Counted from the first letter of the stretch, positions 1 to 12,739 are shown. The stretch is 64,000 bases of DNA from Macrostomum lignano (GCA_002269645.1 NIVC01001547.1:124001-188000), one strand, 5' to 3'. The notes: generated by a model from the sequence alone, not told the origin. Translations and numbers: made by a program.

Positions 1-468
1 AATAGAAAATCGATTCCTTGATGACTCATCCAACTCAAAATCGGTAGGAATCTCTTCCAACTCAGAGGTACCATGTGTCTCAGTTCCCGTAATATCTAAC
101 ACATCCATGCCTATAGAGACGCACGGCGAGGCAACAACCAAGTCAACATTGATGAGCATCTCTGCGCTATGGTCAGGATCCACTCCGTAAGCAAACTGCA
201 CTCTCCGCTCCATGTAATTATTAACTTCAACGCAAACTAGAAGAAACATGAGCAGGAATGTAACCAGGGTGATGCCAGCACCCGAGGCGGTGCCAGAACT
301 TCGACAATCCTCAGGAAGTTTAGTGAACACATCCAACTTGCGAACTGCTTTGACCATTTCCTCTGATACTGGCGATTTCGCAGCTGATTCGGGTGCACTT
401 GGCACATTTCGGTGCCTGAGTTCGGTGTCAGACTGAGCTGACTGACTGTTTATGCTAATGTTGCTCAT
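1..468 (-). CDS. ERGIC2: ERGIC2/Erv41-like ER-Golgi intermediate compartment protein, N-terminal 156 codons (continues off the left edge)
   Basis: Manual translation from ATG at 468 is open to base 1: MSNISINSQSAQSDTELRHRNVPSAPESAAKSPVSEEMVKAVRKLDVFTKLPEDCRSSGTASGAGITLVTFLLMFLLVCVEVNNYMERRVQFAYGVDPDHSAEMLINVDLVVASPCVSIGMDVLDITG... It matches the ERGIC N-terminal pattern (LRxR, LDxFxK, TM helix, INxDxxVAxxC, GxDVLD). Not in the ORF track because there is no stop inside the window. Confidence 0.9.
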   Translation of the reverse strand, partial: MSNISINSQSAQSDTELRHRNVPSAPESAAKSPVSEEMVKAVRKLDVFTKLPEDCRSSGTASGAGITLVTFLLMFLLVCVEVNNYMERRVQFAYGVDPDHSAEMLINVDLVVASPCVSIGMDVLDITGTETHGTSELEEIPTDFELDESSRNRFSI

Positions 469-584
469 TACTACTTTATTAGTTGGTAGCAGTAGTAAGT
501 CAGGCTGTTTTTTGCATGAAATGAAATTTCAATTATTTGTATTACTTTCTGTAGCCAGGTTTGACTATGCAGTATGAAGGAGTC

Positions 585-702
585 GTGTGTGGCGACCCCC
601 AGTCCTTGGACTAAACTGCCATATGCAGCCTTCAGATGCGCCATGCAATAGCTGCAGTTGAGCTATCAGTTTGCATATCTACATATTATGGCAGGTGTAT
701 TT
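585..702 (+). mobile_element. 3' fragment of SINE family 1 (decayed)
   Basis: gtgtgtggcgacccc...ccttcagatgcgcca...gcaggtgta aligns to the tail of the SINE at 52955-53280. Confidence 0.75.
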
Positions 703-1680
703 AATTATGATTGTATGCCTAAAATGTAGACATTCAAAACAAAGGCATTAGAGCTATATGCCTTGAGCCATAAATTTGGCCTGAAAAAATTCAGCATACT
801 GTATACTATATCCAATATGCGTTACATATTGGTGTAGACTTGGAATAGGAAGTATATATGGCCATAGTCTGGTGGTCTAGCATGGCACTCTTATGTGCCA
901 ACAATCATAGGTTCTATTTCAAGTGCAGACATTAATTTGTTGTCATTTAATTAATAAACTGTTCTATTTCAGAAGTAGATTTAAAATCATCCCTAACCTT
1001 TTATTTATGTCAAAGCCTCTACACAAGTTTTATACTTTCTATAGCTTTATCATTGGCACCCATAGATGCATGCTATCTAGTATTTCTACTACATAAAAAT
1101 GTCTTTAGTCTAAAATTACTATTGGTTTTAACTCATTCATGAAACTCTTACTAATATATATCATATGCCTAGACCTATTGTCATTGAATTAAGGTAGTGC
1201 CAATCATACCCAATTGTTTTTCTTAAAATTACGTCATACAAAAGCTTAAATAAATGTAAATTACTCATATTTTTTCAATCATTTGTATTGCTAATAACTA
1301 AGCCAATGTTCTATATGAATCACTGCATTTTAAGCCTAAGCCAATTCTAATTAGCCTTTTTTAATCAACTTTTATTTGAATTGGACCACAAATAGGGCTA
1401 TCAATAATTTTTATATGAACCAAAACAAAGGTGATAAGCAAATAAAGTATTGAATATATAAATTAAAAGCCTTAAGCCTTAATTGTAAGATAAGATATAA
1501 TTATATTTAATCATAAATTATTGCTCAGATAAACAAAACAAAGTTGGAAAGGATTAGGATTTACCAGAAAAAAACAACTTTGCTTAGGGCTAGGCAAGAA
1601 AGCTTACTCTTAAATAAAATGTAAAAATATAATAAAGCCTATCATTGGGCATCTTTCATCCTTAATAATTCTAGCCTATC

Positions 1681-1973
1681 TAGAGTTATTTGTCCATGGG
1701 ACATAAAACAACCAAGTTCTTATTTCAAAGAAAGCTCTGAGACTTATCTGTACTATACCATTAAATGACCACCCAGCTACAATTACGACTACCCTCCCCT
1801 AGAATTCGAGGACCAAATTCTTGAGAGAATTGAAGTAAAACAGGAGAAAAATTTTGTTGCAGTTTTCTGTGCAATTTTCCAAATTTATTTGTGGAAATAC
1901 AACACTGGCAAGAAGTCAATGGTTAAAAAACTGCCCAGCAGCTTAAAGTTTTCTTTTCTCCACCCCTACCTTA
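1681..1973 (+). mobile_element. Decayed, internally deleted 3' part of the LTR family seen at 1989, 43319 and 45459
   Basis: Shares tttgtccatgggacataaaa..caaagaaagctctgagac, attacgactaccctcccc and ttctccacccctacctta with the other copies. Confidence 0.7.
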
Positions 1974-1988
1974 AGGACAATGGCAATA

Positions 1989-2952
1989 TGTGACGCTGAC
2001 AAGATGGTTTTCCCTTGGCTGATAGTTGATATTATGCTTGCTTTTCCGGTTGTTCCCTTGCCTGTTCCCCCGGCTGTCATTCCCGCTGTTCCCCTGGTTG
2101 TTCTGTTTGGTGCCCTACCCTTTTGTTTTGTTTATTTTAATGTATCCAGCTGCTAGTTTTTCCCTTTTTTCTCTCAGGCGACACACTTGCTATTCCAATT
2201 GGTACCCCACCCTTTGGGATTAACTGTGCATGATATGTATATATATATATCCTATGTTTAATCATTTTATGGCTCATTCTTTCCTCTTGCCATTTCTTGC
2301 ATTCTAACCTGTTTAGTGCTTGACACTTAATATTTATTTAACTTATTAGTTTTGTCCTTGGCACTACCAAATCTTTGCATTGTTTGCATCAGCCATAATA
2401 ATTAATAATATTCAATAGTTTTTGTTTAACCTAGTGTTTATTCAGTTATAATAATAATATTAATAATCAACAAAACCAAACTATTTATTCATTCATTCTT
2501 AATTGAAGCCCTTAGTTTATATTGAGTCATTTGCCCGTGGGGCATAAAATAACCGAAGTCTCAACTCAAAGAAAGCTCTGAGACCATCAACGTTCCATAA
2601 TACAAGAATTATGGTGGTGGTAGCAACTACCCTACTGAGAGTAACAAGTTCAACACATCAACACCTTAATTTACAGAGTCAGAACTTTCGGTGATTTGTC
2701 ATCTGAACGACCATGCCACTCTACGACTGCTCTACTACAATTACGACTACCCTCCCCCCAGACTTGAGAACCCACCTGTCGGAGTAAAAGGAGAAGTTTC
2801 ATTAAGATTTGTCTACGCAATTTTTCTAGCTTTATTTGTGCGAACACAACGCAGGCGGCAATTCAAATGTGGAATCTGCCCCACCTCACTGGTGTCATCA
2901 ACTAATTTCAAATTATCCATTCCAAGAAAAAATCTTCTCCACCCCCACCTCA
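1989..2952 (+). mobile_element. Solo-LTR-type insertion (Gypsy-like), 964 bp
   Basis: Starts TGTGACG and ends CCACCTCA. Flanks are aata/aaca (4-bp TSD, one mismatch). The 3' ~430 bp is homologous to 43900-44343 and to the reverse complement of 45459-45890. Confidence 0.75.
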
Positions 2953-3777
2953 AACACACTATGCGCACTATGCACACAATGCTATTCAGATTGTCCAGAT
3001 TTGTGTTCACTGCATGGGAGATGTCAAATGAATGCATTAATTAATAAGTCAAAAAACTGTGAATGCAGAGCTTACTGCTTAGTTAGCAGCTATGTGTTTT
3101 TTTACTCTAAATAGCATTGACTGAAGTGCTGGCATTAGTGGTGGCTGCTGGCATGCTGACTGTTTTGCTTGAAAATTGGTTTGGAATATATAAAGCTTTT
3201 AGCCAAAGCTTTCCCAATATAAAATTCTGATAGTTATTTAACAATTCTATATTGGTCAGATTTTGCATGGGCATTCAAACCTATTATATTAGTTGTGTAA
3301 CTTTGGAGTTTGGTTAAGCACTTTGACTATTTGAAACTGAAATTATTAAGTTGATGATATACACTTTGTCCTTGAATATTCATATTCACAATTAAACTAC
3401 CTTACCTGCTAGAATTTAACTTGAATAGGCTTCACATTTTCTAAAGCAGGATTTTCTTTGCATTTTTATTTGCAGAATATGAGGCCATTATAATCAAAAC
3501 ATATTTAGTTTTCCGGTGCTAGTAAATATTTTTTTAAGTTTTAGACTTTTAGACTTTTAATGAAGACTAATCAAGAGAAACCTACATCTTTTGAATCAAA
3601 CTTATTTATCCTTGAATAATACATATAATATAAGTACTTTGTTATAGAGATATAGAAGGTCAAACCTAAGATTAAGGAAACCTAATCTCTACCAGGTTTG
3701 AGGATAAATGTATAAAATTATTAATTTAGCAATATGTAATATTAATAAATTGTGTCCTGCCATAAGGAGGGTACATG

Positions 3778-4352
3778 CCACAGCCAGGAAGACGGTAGAA
3801 TCCTCGGAATTTTCCGGCGCAAATCAGCAATTTGCCGGCGCACGGCGCACACTTCACTGCGCCGCGCGCATGGGCTCGGCGCATCGGCGCATGGCTCGGT
3901 GCATCGGTGCATGGCTCGGCGCATGGTGCACAAGGTACGTCAGTGTAAGTGACAATATAATAATGAATAATAAAAAAAATGTATATTAAATGTCAATCAA
4001 TCAATAGAATAAACGATAGTCGATACGATAGTCGTATTTCCAATGTTGCTTCTATTTCAAATTTCATTAATCGTAGCTTTTAACGATTGCAAATTTTAAC
4101 AAATTTGCGCCTTTTGCGGCTTTTGTTGCGCCTTTTTGCTTATATTTTGCAAATAGAAGCCATGATTCAACTGCTTGAACTTCCATTGGTATTGATTCAA
4201 TTTAGATACTTAATACTTGATGGTGCTTTTTCAAGTGTATTTTTCTCGGCGTATGGCGCACAAGTAATTTTTTTTTCTCGGCGCACGCGGCGCACAACAA
4301 AAATTTTGATGGATGTTATTCCAGCGCACACGCTGCACCTTCCTGACCATGG
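3778..4352. mobile_element. hAT-type MITE, 575 bp
   Basis: Exact 8-bp TSD GGTACATG (3770-3777, 4353-4360), imperfect 14-bp TIRs CCACAGCCAGGAAG / CCATGGTCAGGAAG, and clustered subterminal GGCGCA motifs. Confidence 0.75.
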
Positions 4353-6177
4353 GGTACATGTACTGTAGCCATAGCCATAAGCTCCAATTCTTCATATTTT
4401 ATAGCCATAAGGATTTCAATATTACCATATTCTTGTAGTTCCTATAGCCATAGCCATAGTTTTAACAAAAAGTCTAGAAAACAAAATATTTTGAATCAAG
4501 AAAATAACCTAGTGCTGAAACAACTGCAAATTAAGTTAGAAAATAAAAGAAACACTCGATTGCCTTTGTAAGATTATATTTTGGTTTTTTTTCAGAGCAA
4601 TAATAATTCATTGGAAAAGGATTGGTGACACTCTTAAGAGAATGCTTGGCAATATAAAGTGCCAATAGAGGATCAAGACAAAGGGATGAGTTTCACAAGA
4701 AGAGGACAAACAGGACCAGGAGGCAGACATCATCAACTGGCAGGACGAGCATGCTGACACTAACATCAATGCTAATGCTACCAGCCACAGCGATGCCTTT
4801 GAAGAGGAGTGACTCCATTCATTTTTTTGCATTTAGTTGGTTTAATTGGTTTATACTTAGTTTTTTTGTTTCAGTTGCCTATACTAGCTTAATGGTTTTT
4901 GGTTGGTAAAGTTGGTGAAACCAAATAAACCAAGATAGAAAGCAACATTATTATTATCAACTGATGAGAAACATGAGTTGAGAAATGTACAGCAGTCTTG
5001 TGTTATTTTTTTCCAAGGGAGGAAGAAGCAGAGGAAACACCTAATATAATGCCCAAACAGGTAAAACTATGTAAAAAAAATACATGAAAGATTTGCAAAA
5101 TTTTGGTGAAGCATACGTGAAAAACACTATTTCATATGTAAATTTTATGTACCTCGTAGGTTAGGTAGGTAAATCCCTAAAAAGTTTTTGTACACTTTAC
5201 GTAAATTTTTGTTTATTTGTCAGGCAGGTTAGCCTTGTAAATACTATACAATAAAGTTTTACTTACTTTTTAATTTTAACTAGATTAGGCTTAGGCATAG
5301 AAAGGTTATATTTCTTAGGTTTAAAATTACAACTTATTTACAAATTGTTAATATCCTATTAAATTTTAAATTGTTCCTTATTTAATGAGAACTTATGAAT
5401 ATGATATTAAAAAGGGATTTTTTCTGGATCAACAACAAAAACAGTCTTGCCCTGCATTCAATTCATAGGCTAACTTTATAACAACACTGTATAATTTATA
5501 TTATAGTTTCAGTTGTAGATTGTAAAGTGCAATAGCCTGTCCTTGCCCTGAGTTTTATTGATTTTTCTTATTGCAATATACCTATCTAATAAATTCAGGA
5601 TTCGGCCAACATTACAGAAGTTAAAAAATTTTATTAAATAACATTATTTTGTCAAACACTTGAAAGTTATAAAAAATGTAAACTACTTGTCACTTGCAAG
5701 TGACTTAATTGGGTCCCGAGTCAATTCAGCAAAAGGACTAAAGAGGGTAATTCGTGATTGTAATCGAGAGGTTTTGGAGGTTTTGACTTAGGAGGACGGC
5801 TTGAAAGTTTATACAAGATTATACTTGAAAGTTTATTTAGATTATACAAATAAATATGAATTAAATTAGGGCGCATTGCACCCACCAAGCAAAGACGCCC
5901 TTCTGTCCTTCTGTCATCACAACGAATATTCTTTTTGAATTGTTTGACTTCAAGAAGTTTATTTGACATTTGCCGCGTTCAAATCGGTGCTGGATTTCCG
6001 GCACTTCAAATCAATTTTAAACAAACTAGGGGAACTTAGAGAGCTCTGGCTGCTGAGTTCCTTAGGCTCAGGGTTAGTCGTGGTCTTGGCTGAGCATTTA
6101 AGATAATGCTGTCTTTTAAGAATGCATTTCAGGTTAGCCGCTACGGAGAGCTAAATGAAATGCAATAAATATTTACT

Positions 6178-7080
6178 TGTGGCGGCCAGACTACGCGACC
6201 GGCAGCACCAGTGCAGCCGCACTGGAACCCCCCCGCCTCTGTCTAGCTGAGGTGGAGTCGGTGCGCGCCAAGCTAGCCGGCTCGCTAAGCCAGGGGAGTT
6301 GGCGTAGCCAATCACGCCACGCCACATGTGCGCACCTCCCTCGGCCCCTCAATAATCTCGCGCTGTTTTCACTTGTATAAATATACGCGCAATGCAGTGC
6401 AACATCTTCGCTGCCATACCATCTATCGAACTAAAAGGCCTTCCGCCTCATACTGATTATAGTACTAGTAGTGTAGTATGGCGCTGCCACCACCGCGGTA
6501 ATACGCAGAGAAGAGCTTGAATTAACCCGAGAACTCCTCTTAGTTCAGATCGCAAAGGATCGAGTTATGCTTCCGTCTAAATAACAGCTTCATGATAATT
6601 ACAATTCACTTCGATACAGTAAATTTCGCGCGTCTGGAGATCGTAAAGTTCGAAATTAATTTATTATAACGATAAAGGCTTAATTAAAACGAAATTGATT
6701 CGCACTGGGTTGGCTTCGTCGGGAAAGGAGCTGGTCGGGGTTAAACGGACTGGTTCGAGAGAGTTGGCGTGCGAGGGGAGAGACAAAGAATTAAGGCACC
6801 ATTAATTGTGTGCTAACAAGGACATCAATATTCTGCAGTGTTTTTTTTGTTTTAGGTAGTGTATGCTGTTCTGCGCATTATATTATATTTTTACACTAAC
6901 TCCCGGAGGTTGGAGAAGGGAGAGGGAGTAGAGGGTAGATGGGATAGAAGAGAGATTTCTTGACTGTTTCATCAATTTTTATTTACGTGTCCATGGTTTA
7001 CGTGTACCAGCACTTCTGCTGCGCGTAATGAAGAAATTGACAAAAAAGTTTTTTCCTTTTCTTTTGCTGCATGGTCTGCA
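6178..7080. mobile_element. Possible divergent LTR remnant
   Basis: TGTGGCGG at 6178 and TATA-like gtataaata near 6375. The minus strand carries gatcctttgc...cgtattaccgcggtggtggcagcg, resembling the conserved block of the other LTRs. No TSD or second end found. Confidence 0.35.
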
Positions 7081-7088
7081 CGTCTTAG

Positions 7089-9892
7089 CCCGATCAAAAA
7101 GAAGTTGTCTTAAGACGTCTTAGAATTGTCTTAAGATGGCTAAAGACACCTCAAGACAATTTCAAGATATCTTCCACTTTGCTTCCACAAGCTATCTTGA
7201 TAAAGTTGTCTTGAAGATGACTTGAAATTGACTTTTATGAGATGTCTTGTTGAAGACATCTTTAAGACATCACCTTAAAGACTAAAAATTTACATAAACA
7301 ACTGTTTCTACTGTAAGTAGGAAGTTTCAGATACAAATTTATCCAGATCGTTAAAATCAATAAAAAATAAAACAAGCAACTATTGTGACATTTATCTAAA
7401 AATTTTGTTGTATTGTAGTCTGTGGAAGGTGTGCCTATTATTAAAAATCCTTTACGCTTTTGGAGTGCAATTATATGCAATTTTTTGTATTGAGTCGTTA
7501 CAAACTTTGAGACAAAGTTTAACTACAACAGTTTTGATTGGAGCAAATATATTTACAAAATTCTAAACAGCTAAGCATTAAAAAAGACAAAGTTGCAATA
7601 TATATCGGTGATGCTTTTGTTAAAAACAGCTAAAATCAATATGGCGGAACGACATTTTTAAAAAGGACTAAAAGACAACCTTGTGACCGTGAAGGCCGCC
7701 TAATTGTCGAACACTTGCTTCTATCTTTTGTGATAAGTTTCAATTTTTAATTGGCTGCTATAGCCTATATAGATTTCTGGTGTAAGCCCTACCCTAGATT
7801 TATCTTTACTTAATGCGATAGTGTATTACTATTCGTGATGATACATCTACTATCCTCAAAGTCAAATTAGACCTTCTTAGTAGTATTTTTTACTAATTCT
7901 TCCTTGGATAGCTTCTAGGATTGTATTTCATATTCTAGTGCCAGGTGCCAGCAAAAAATCCAGATTGGCCAGAAATGTTTTTATGCAATAGGCAATTGGG
8001 ATGCTATGTAACATCCTGACTTAAAAATTACAATTTTAAATTGGACCTTGGATGCAATGTTTTTTTAGTTACGCCTAGGGCCTACTGCATATCTATTGCT
8101 ATGCCTAGCACTAGTAAGCACTAGTTAAGTAATGAAAAGTCATGTTTACATTTTAAGTTAGGCCTTAAAAGATTCTTGCAACTCACTACACATGTACTAG
8201 GCCTAAAACTAAAAATATATGATTTATTTACTTCTGGCTTTTTAAAGTCAAAGTTTTATAGATAGTTGTTGAATTGGCTTATTAGGCTATTTTGTTCTGT
8301 TGTAGGCCTCTTAGCCTTAGATAGGCCCTAGCTTCTTCCTTAGGCCTAAATAGTTTTTGTTTTGATTTTTATGTCAAAAGTAATAAATAATTTCCATGAG
8401 CCTATAGCTAGGTTTATTTTTTATATGTAGAGTGTGTATATGCACTTTTAATTTAAAATTGTACCCAGAAATTGAAAATTGCAATTTAGGGACAGTCTTA
8501 TAACCTGTTTTTCTGTTAAACTTGAAGCCTCATTTGCATTGCCCTAAATCTAAAATAAGAAAAATAAAAAAATTTGCACTTTGAGCCTTAAAATTGCACT
8601 ATAAAAATGAGTATAGAGTGCACTTTTGTACCTTGTCTCTGGCAAAAAAGAAAACCTTGGCCTATAGGCCTTTATATGTTGCTTCCTCTTTGCCTTTATT
8701 ATTGGCTAATGGCATATATATGATGTTTTCAATATATCAATATTTTGAATATTAGGCCTAGTCATTAGTGCTTTTTTCTTGGCTAGGCCAATGAAAATTT
8801 AAATAAGAAATAGATATAGCCTTATAATTTAATATTAGGCCTATATCACATTCAAAAATTGGATTAGGCCTAATAGAGAATAAATAGAGTTGGTATGCCT
8901 AGAAGTTTTATATAAAATTGATATTCTAATCTTTTTATTTTGCTTTGAGATTAGGCCCTAAGCTTTAGCCTATGTATTTAAGCCTAAGGCAAAGGTATTG
9001 TATAATACACTTGTGTGAATATATAGTAGGGGCCTAGGCAATTTATTTATTAGATTTTTAAAGTATATTAGTAAAATAATCTATTATTTATTATTTATTG
9101 TTTTTTACTTATGAATTTTAAATTATTTCAGCCTAACAACCTATAAACTATAACCTTTATTAAACTTATCCTTTTCAGCCTTATCAACACATGCTATCCA
9201 TCATAGTGGAAGCTAACCTGGATCTTGAATCTTCCTGGATTGAGCCAATTCTAAACTAGTAGTTGGCTAGCAAAGGATCAATTTACAGCAAGTTTTCCAC
9301 CAAGCAATGAGCAACTTAGTCATTATTGCATTAACCAAGTATTTCCATGCAATGACTGGGTATGATGCATTATAAAATTATACACTTGCACTTGAGTATT
9401 TTTGCATTTTTATTTAGTGTATTTTAACTTGTTTTTGATTCACCATTTTATTGCTTCTGTGACTTTTAAACTGTGTCTTTTATAAAATGAAAATATAAAT
9501 CATAAATAATAAATTACATTGAACCATGTTTAGAAGCCTACTAAATAGCTTCTCTTTCATATCAATATTGCCTGAAACGAAACAAAAGAGTGCTGTAATA
9601 TTTTTAGTCATTTTTCTTTTAAACAACTGTGATTGCAATGGCAACAGCATTTCTTAAATGATCTTGGGCAAGACGTCTTCTGCAAGTCATCTGGAAGATG
9701 TCTTTAAGTAGATTTTAAGATGTCTTGAAGATGTCTGAAGACGTCTTTAAGTTATCTCTAAGTTGTCTACAAGTGTTGCAAGGAGCCAATTTTTAGACCG
9801 AAATAAGTCAATTGTAAGATGTCTTGAAGACATCTTTCTGTCTTATGCAAGGCATCTTTAAGACATAATTAAGCCAACTTTTTTTGATCGGG
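7089..9892. mobile_element. Non-autonomous TIR DNA transposon, 2.8 kb, superfamily unassigned
   Basis: TIRs CCCGATCAAAAA(G)AAGTTG(T/G)CTTAA at both ends, with ~200-bp subterminal arrays of the palindrome AAGAYRTCTT. Flanks ttag / aggag allow at most a 2-bp AG duplication. An exon-like relic lies at about 9174-9360. Confidence 0.75.
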
Positions 9893-9911
9893 AGGAGATT
9901 GCTGACCCTAT

Positions 9912-10949
9912 TGTAGTGATCCGCTAGTTGATGTTAGGCGTCCCACTTTGTCAGCAGTCTCCCTCGCCCTCGCCCTGGGTTGCTGTCTGCCGCTGGTCAG
10001 CTTCCCGCCCCCTTTGGCCCGTCTGTTGCTGCCCTTGGCCTGTTCTGCCCTTCTGCGTCTCTGTTCTCAGCCCTCAGCTTCTCCGCTGTGGGCTGTCTCT
10101 GTTTCGTTCCCGTCCCGTTTTCCTCTGCGTTCTTCGAGTCCTAGATTTTGATTCCTCGATATATTTAGATATTGAGTCCTCGTTGGCCCTGTTTACCGGG
10201 AGAATCACGTGCTTTCGGAACCCTACCTTCTCTAAGGAGAGGAGTGACTCATGTTGCTAAAAATAGCAACTGAGTCACAGCCGCGTGTACTCTGGCCGGA
10301 GACCTCAAGTGACGTCAGTTCTAAAAATAGAACGAGTCACGAGGTCTTGCGCGCACTGAGACCCTGCCCCGAGACCTCAAGTGACGTCAGTTCTAAAAAT
10401 AGAACAAGTCACGAGGTCTTGTGCGTGAGTGTTTCCCGGCTATAAATAGGACCCCTCTCCTCTTGTTTCCGTCAAGGAGGCTTCTTATCTGCGGAGAATT
10501 CACTAAGATCCCGTGTGCGTCAGTGTCTAACTAAGTGCCCTTTGCGTACTGAATCCGTTTGTACTGGTCTGACTGAGACCCGACTAAAGCCCAAGCCTAA
10601 GGGAGGCTAACACTGCCTTCCCAGCCACCCCTGAGCCCGGCGGGGATCTGCTGATCAGGACGCCTTGTTCATTAATCTGCAAATCTACACGCTGTGCTGA
10701 GTTCGTTGACTTGTTTATTTCGTTCCGACGGGAAGCTCACCTCACCGAAGGCCGAGACCTGAAGGAACTGGTGGCAGCACTACCTACGCTACTGAGAGTT
10801 GAGAGAACTTCCCACTGAAGAGGCTCGAGTCTTAAGTAAGGTAATCTTAAGCGCCTAAACCGGGAAGAAACACCATTCTACTTCACTGGTGGCAGCCGGT
10901 GGGATTCAAAGACCTACCAGGCCACCCCGAGAAAACCATAAGCACTTCA
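9912..10949 (+). mobile_element. Solo-LTR-type insertion (Gypsy-like), 1038 bp, relatively young
   Basis: Starts TGTAGTG and ends CACTTCA. Exact 4-bp TSD CTAT (9908-9911, 10950-10953). Contains a tandem duplicated enhancer-like block with TGACGTCA twice, a TATA (ctataaatagg, ~10440) and an internal tRNA-Leu-complementary motif at 10887. Confidence 0.85.
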
Positions 10950-11534
10950 CTATAGGCCTATACAAATCACAGAGCTTCTTTCAAATTTCAAAACGTGGGA
11001 CTGGAATTGAACGGTTCGTCCTGCATTCGGTATACGAGCGTACAAACGCAAGTCAAAACTGCATGTACCAGCGCACATGTACTGTTCGTCATTAAAATAA
11101 ACATTCGAAAGATCTGAAAACATGTTTGTTTATAGCTACCTATAAAGCAGCTAAGAAATGAACAAATAATTTCCCTGGGAAATTCAATTGTTTTATTAAG
11201 ATATTTTTTAGAACTAAATTGCGTGGCGATATTCAATTGGAAAACAACGATGATGACGCAGATTGAAAAGACTCAAAATCTACGATTATAAAAAGTCATG
11301 CCGCACCAATTATTAAAAATTTATAGTAGGTATGCTCGTATAATGACTAAATAGTAACATCTTTTGAACTATTTAAGCTCTGGCAAGAAGTTTTATGGTA
11401 ACACTATAATTACAGTAGAGTATGGATCTAAAGTAGCACAAATTAATGGAATTGCATGTTCAGCACATAAGCATGAGATAACATTTTAAGTCTCAATTTA
11501 AAGAGATTAAAGCTAGTTTGGGAGGGATGCGACA

Positions 11535-12350
11535 CTGACATCCGCAAAACCCCCCCCACGATACTGACATCAACAAAATCTCACCCTGTGATACTGACAT
11601 CCTCAAAATCTCACCCTGCGATACTGACATCCTCAAAATCTCACTATGTGATACTGACATCCTCAAAATCTCACTATGTGATACTGACATCCTCAAAATC
11701 TCACTATGTGATACTGACATCCTCAAAATCTCACCATGTGATACTGACATCCTCAAAATCTCACTATGTGATACTGACATCCTCAAAATCTCACCATGTG
11801 ATACTGACATCCTCAAAATCTCACCATGTGATACTGACATCCTCAAAATCTCACCATGTGATAATGACATCCTCAAAATCTCACTATGTGATACTGACAT
11901 CCTCAAAATCTCACCATGTGATACTGACATCCTCAAAATCTCACCATGTGATACTGACATCCTCAAAATCTCACCATGTGATAATGACATCCTCAAAATC
12001 TCACTATGTGATACTGACATCAACAAAATCTCACCATGTGATACTGACATCCTTAAAATCTCGGCAGATACCCGGCAGATAATGACATCCTCAAAATCTC
12101 ACTATGTGATACTGACATCCTCAAAATCTCACCATGTGATAATGACATCCTCAAAATCTCACTATGTGATACTGACATCAACAAAATCTCACCATGTGAT
12201 ACTGACATTCTCAAAATCTCACCATGTGATAATGACATCCTCAAAATCTCACTATGTGATACTGACATTCTCAAAATCTCACCATGTGATACTGACATCC
12301 TTAAAATCTCGGCAGATACCCGGCAGATAATGACATCCTTAAAATCTTAC
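11535..12350. repeat. 30-bp minisatellite (gtgatactgacatcctcaaaatctcaccat)n
   Basis: About 27 near-identical tandem units. It generates the repetitive ORFs at 11493-12330. Confidence 0.95.
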
Positions 12351-12739
12351 CCTACGATACTGAGCCTCTTAAATTTTCATCCACGCTCTGAAAACCGACA
12401 TTCAAAAAATCCAATTCTCTTTCATAGGACAGGAATCAAAATCTTGCTAAAATGGTAACCAAACTGTAAAAAGTGAACTATAGAAAAACACAAAAGCGTT
12501 GGAGGATGCGAAAGAACATCTGCAAGTAAAGGTGCAGCATTTGAGCAAACTCGTAACTTGGATTAATTATATTTAATATTTTAGAAAAAACAGCTACTAT
12601 ATGGGGTGATCTGCTTTTGCTGGTGAACTAGCAAAAGAATCAGCTGAGCCTACTTAAAGTAGTGTAGTGCAGCTATTATCTATTTTATATTACCTAGAAA
12701 TCGCTCTAATTGCCAGACATTCTCAAAAAATGGCATGGC

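Noticed and set aside
2520-2952. Hammerhead ribozyme, Helitron or snRNA identity for the dispersed repeat
   Set aside because: No CUGANGA..GAAA core on either strand, no hairpin-CTRR end with an A/T target, and no Sm site. TG..CA ends with 4-bp TSDs fit an LTR.
4560-5060. Exon-like acidic-tail fragment (..EEDKQDQEADIINWQDEH..FEEE*)
   Set aside because: Short and frameshifted, with no recognisable domain; probably transposase debris.
10887-10907. Reading the element as a 5' LTR ending at 10885 with a normal PBS and a randomly truncated interior
   Set aside because: The exact CTAT target duplication lies after 10949, and three other copies end at the same distance from the motif, so random truncation does not explain it. 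Kept as a finding in a different form.
12520-12560. Short match to the mariner 3' region (gtgcagcatttgagcaaa)
   Set aside because: About 20 nt only, with no flanking similarity; compatible with chance.
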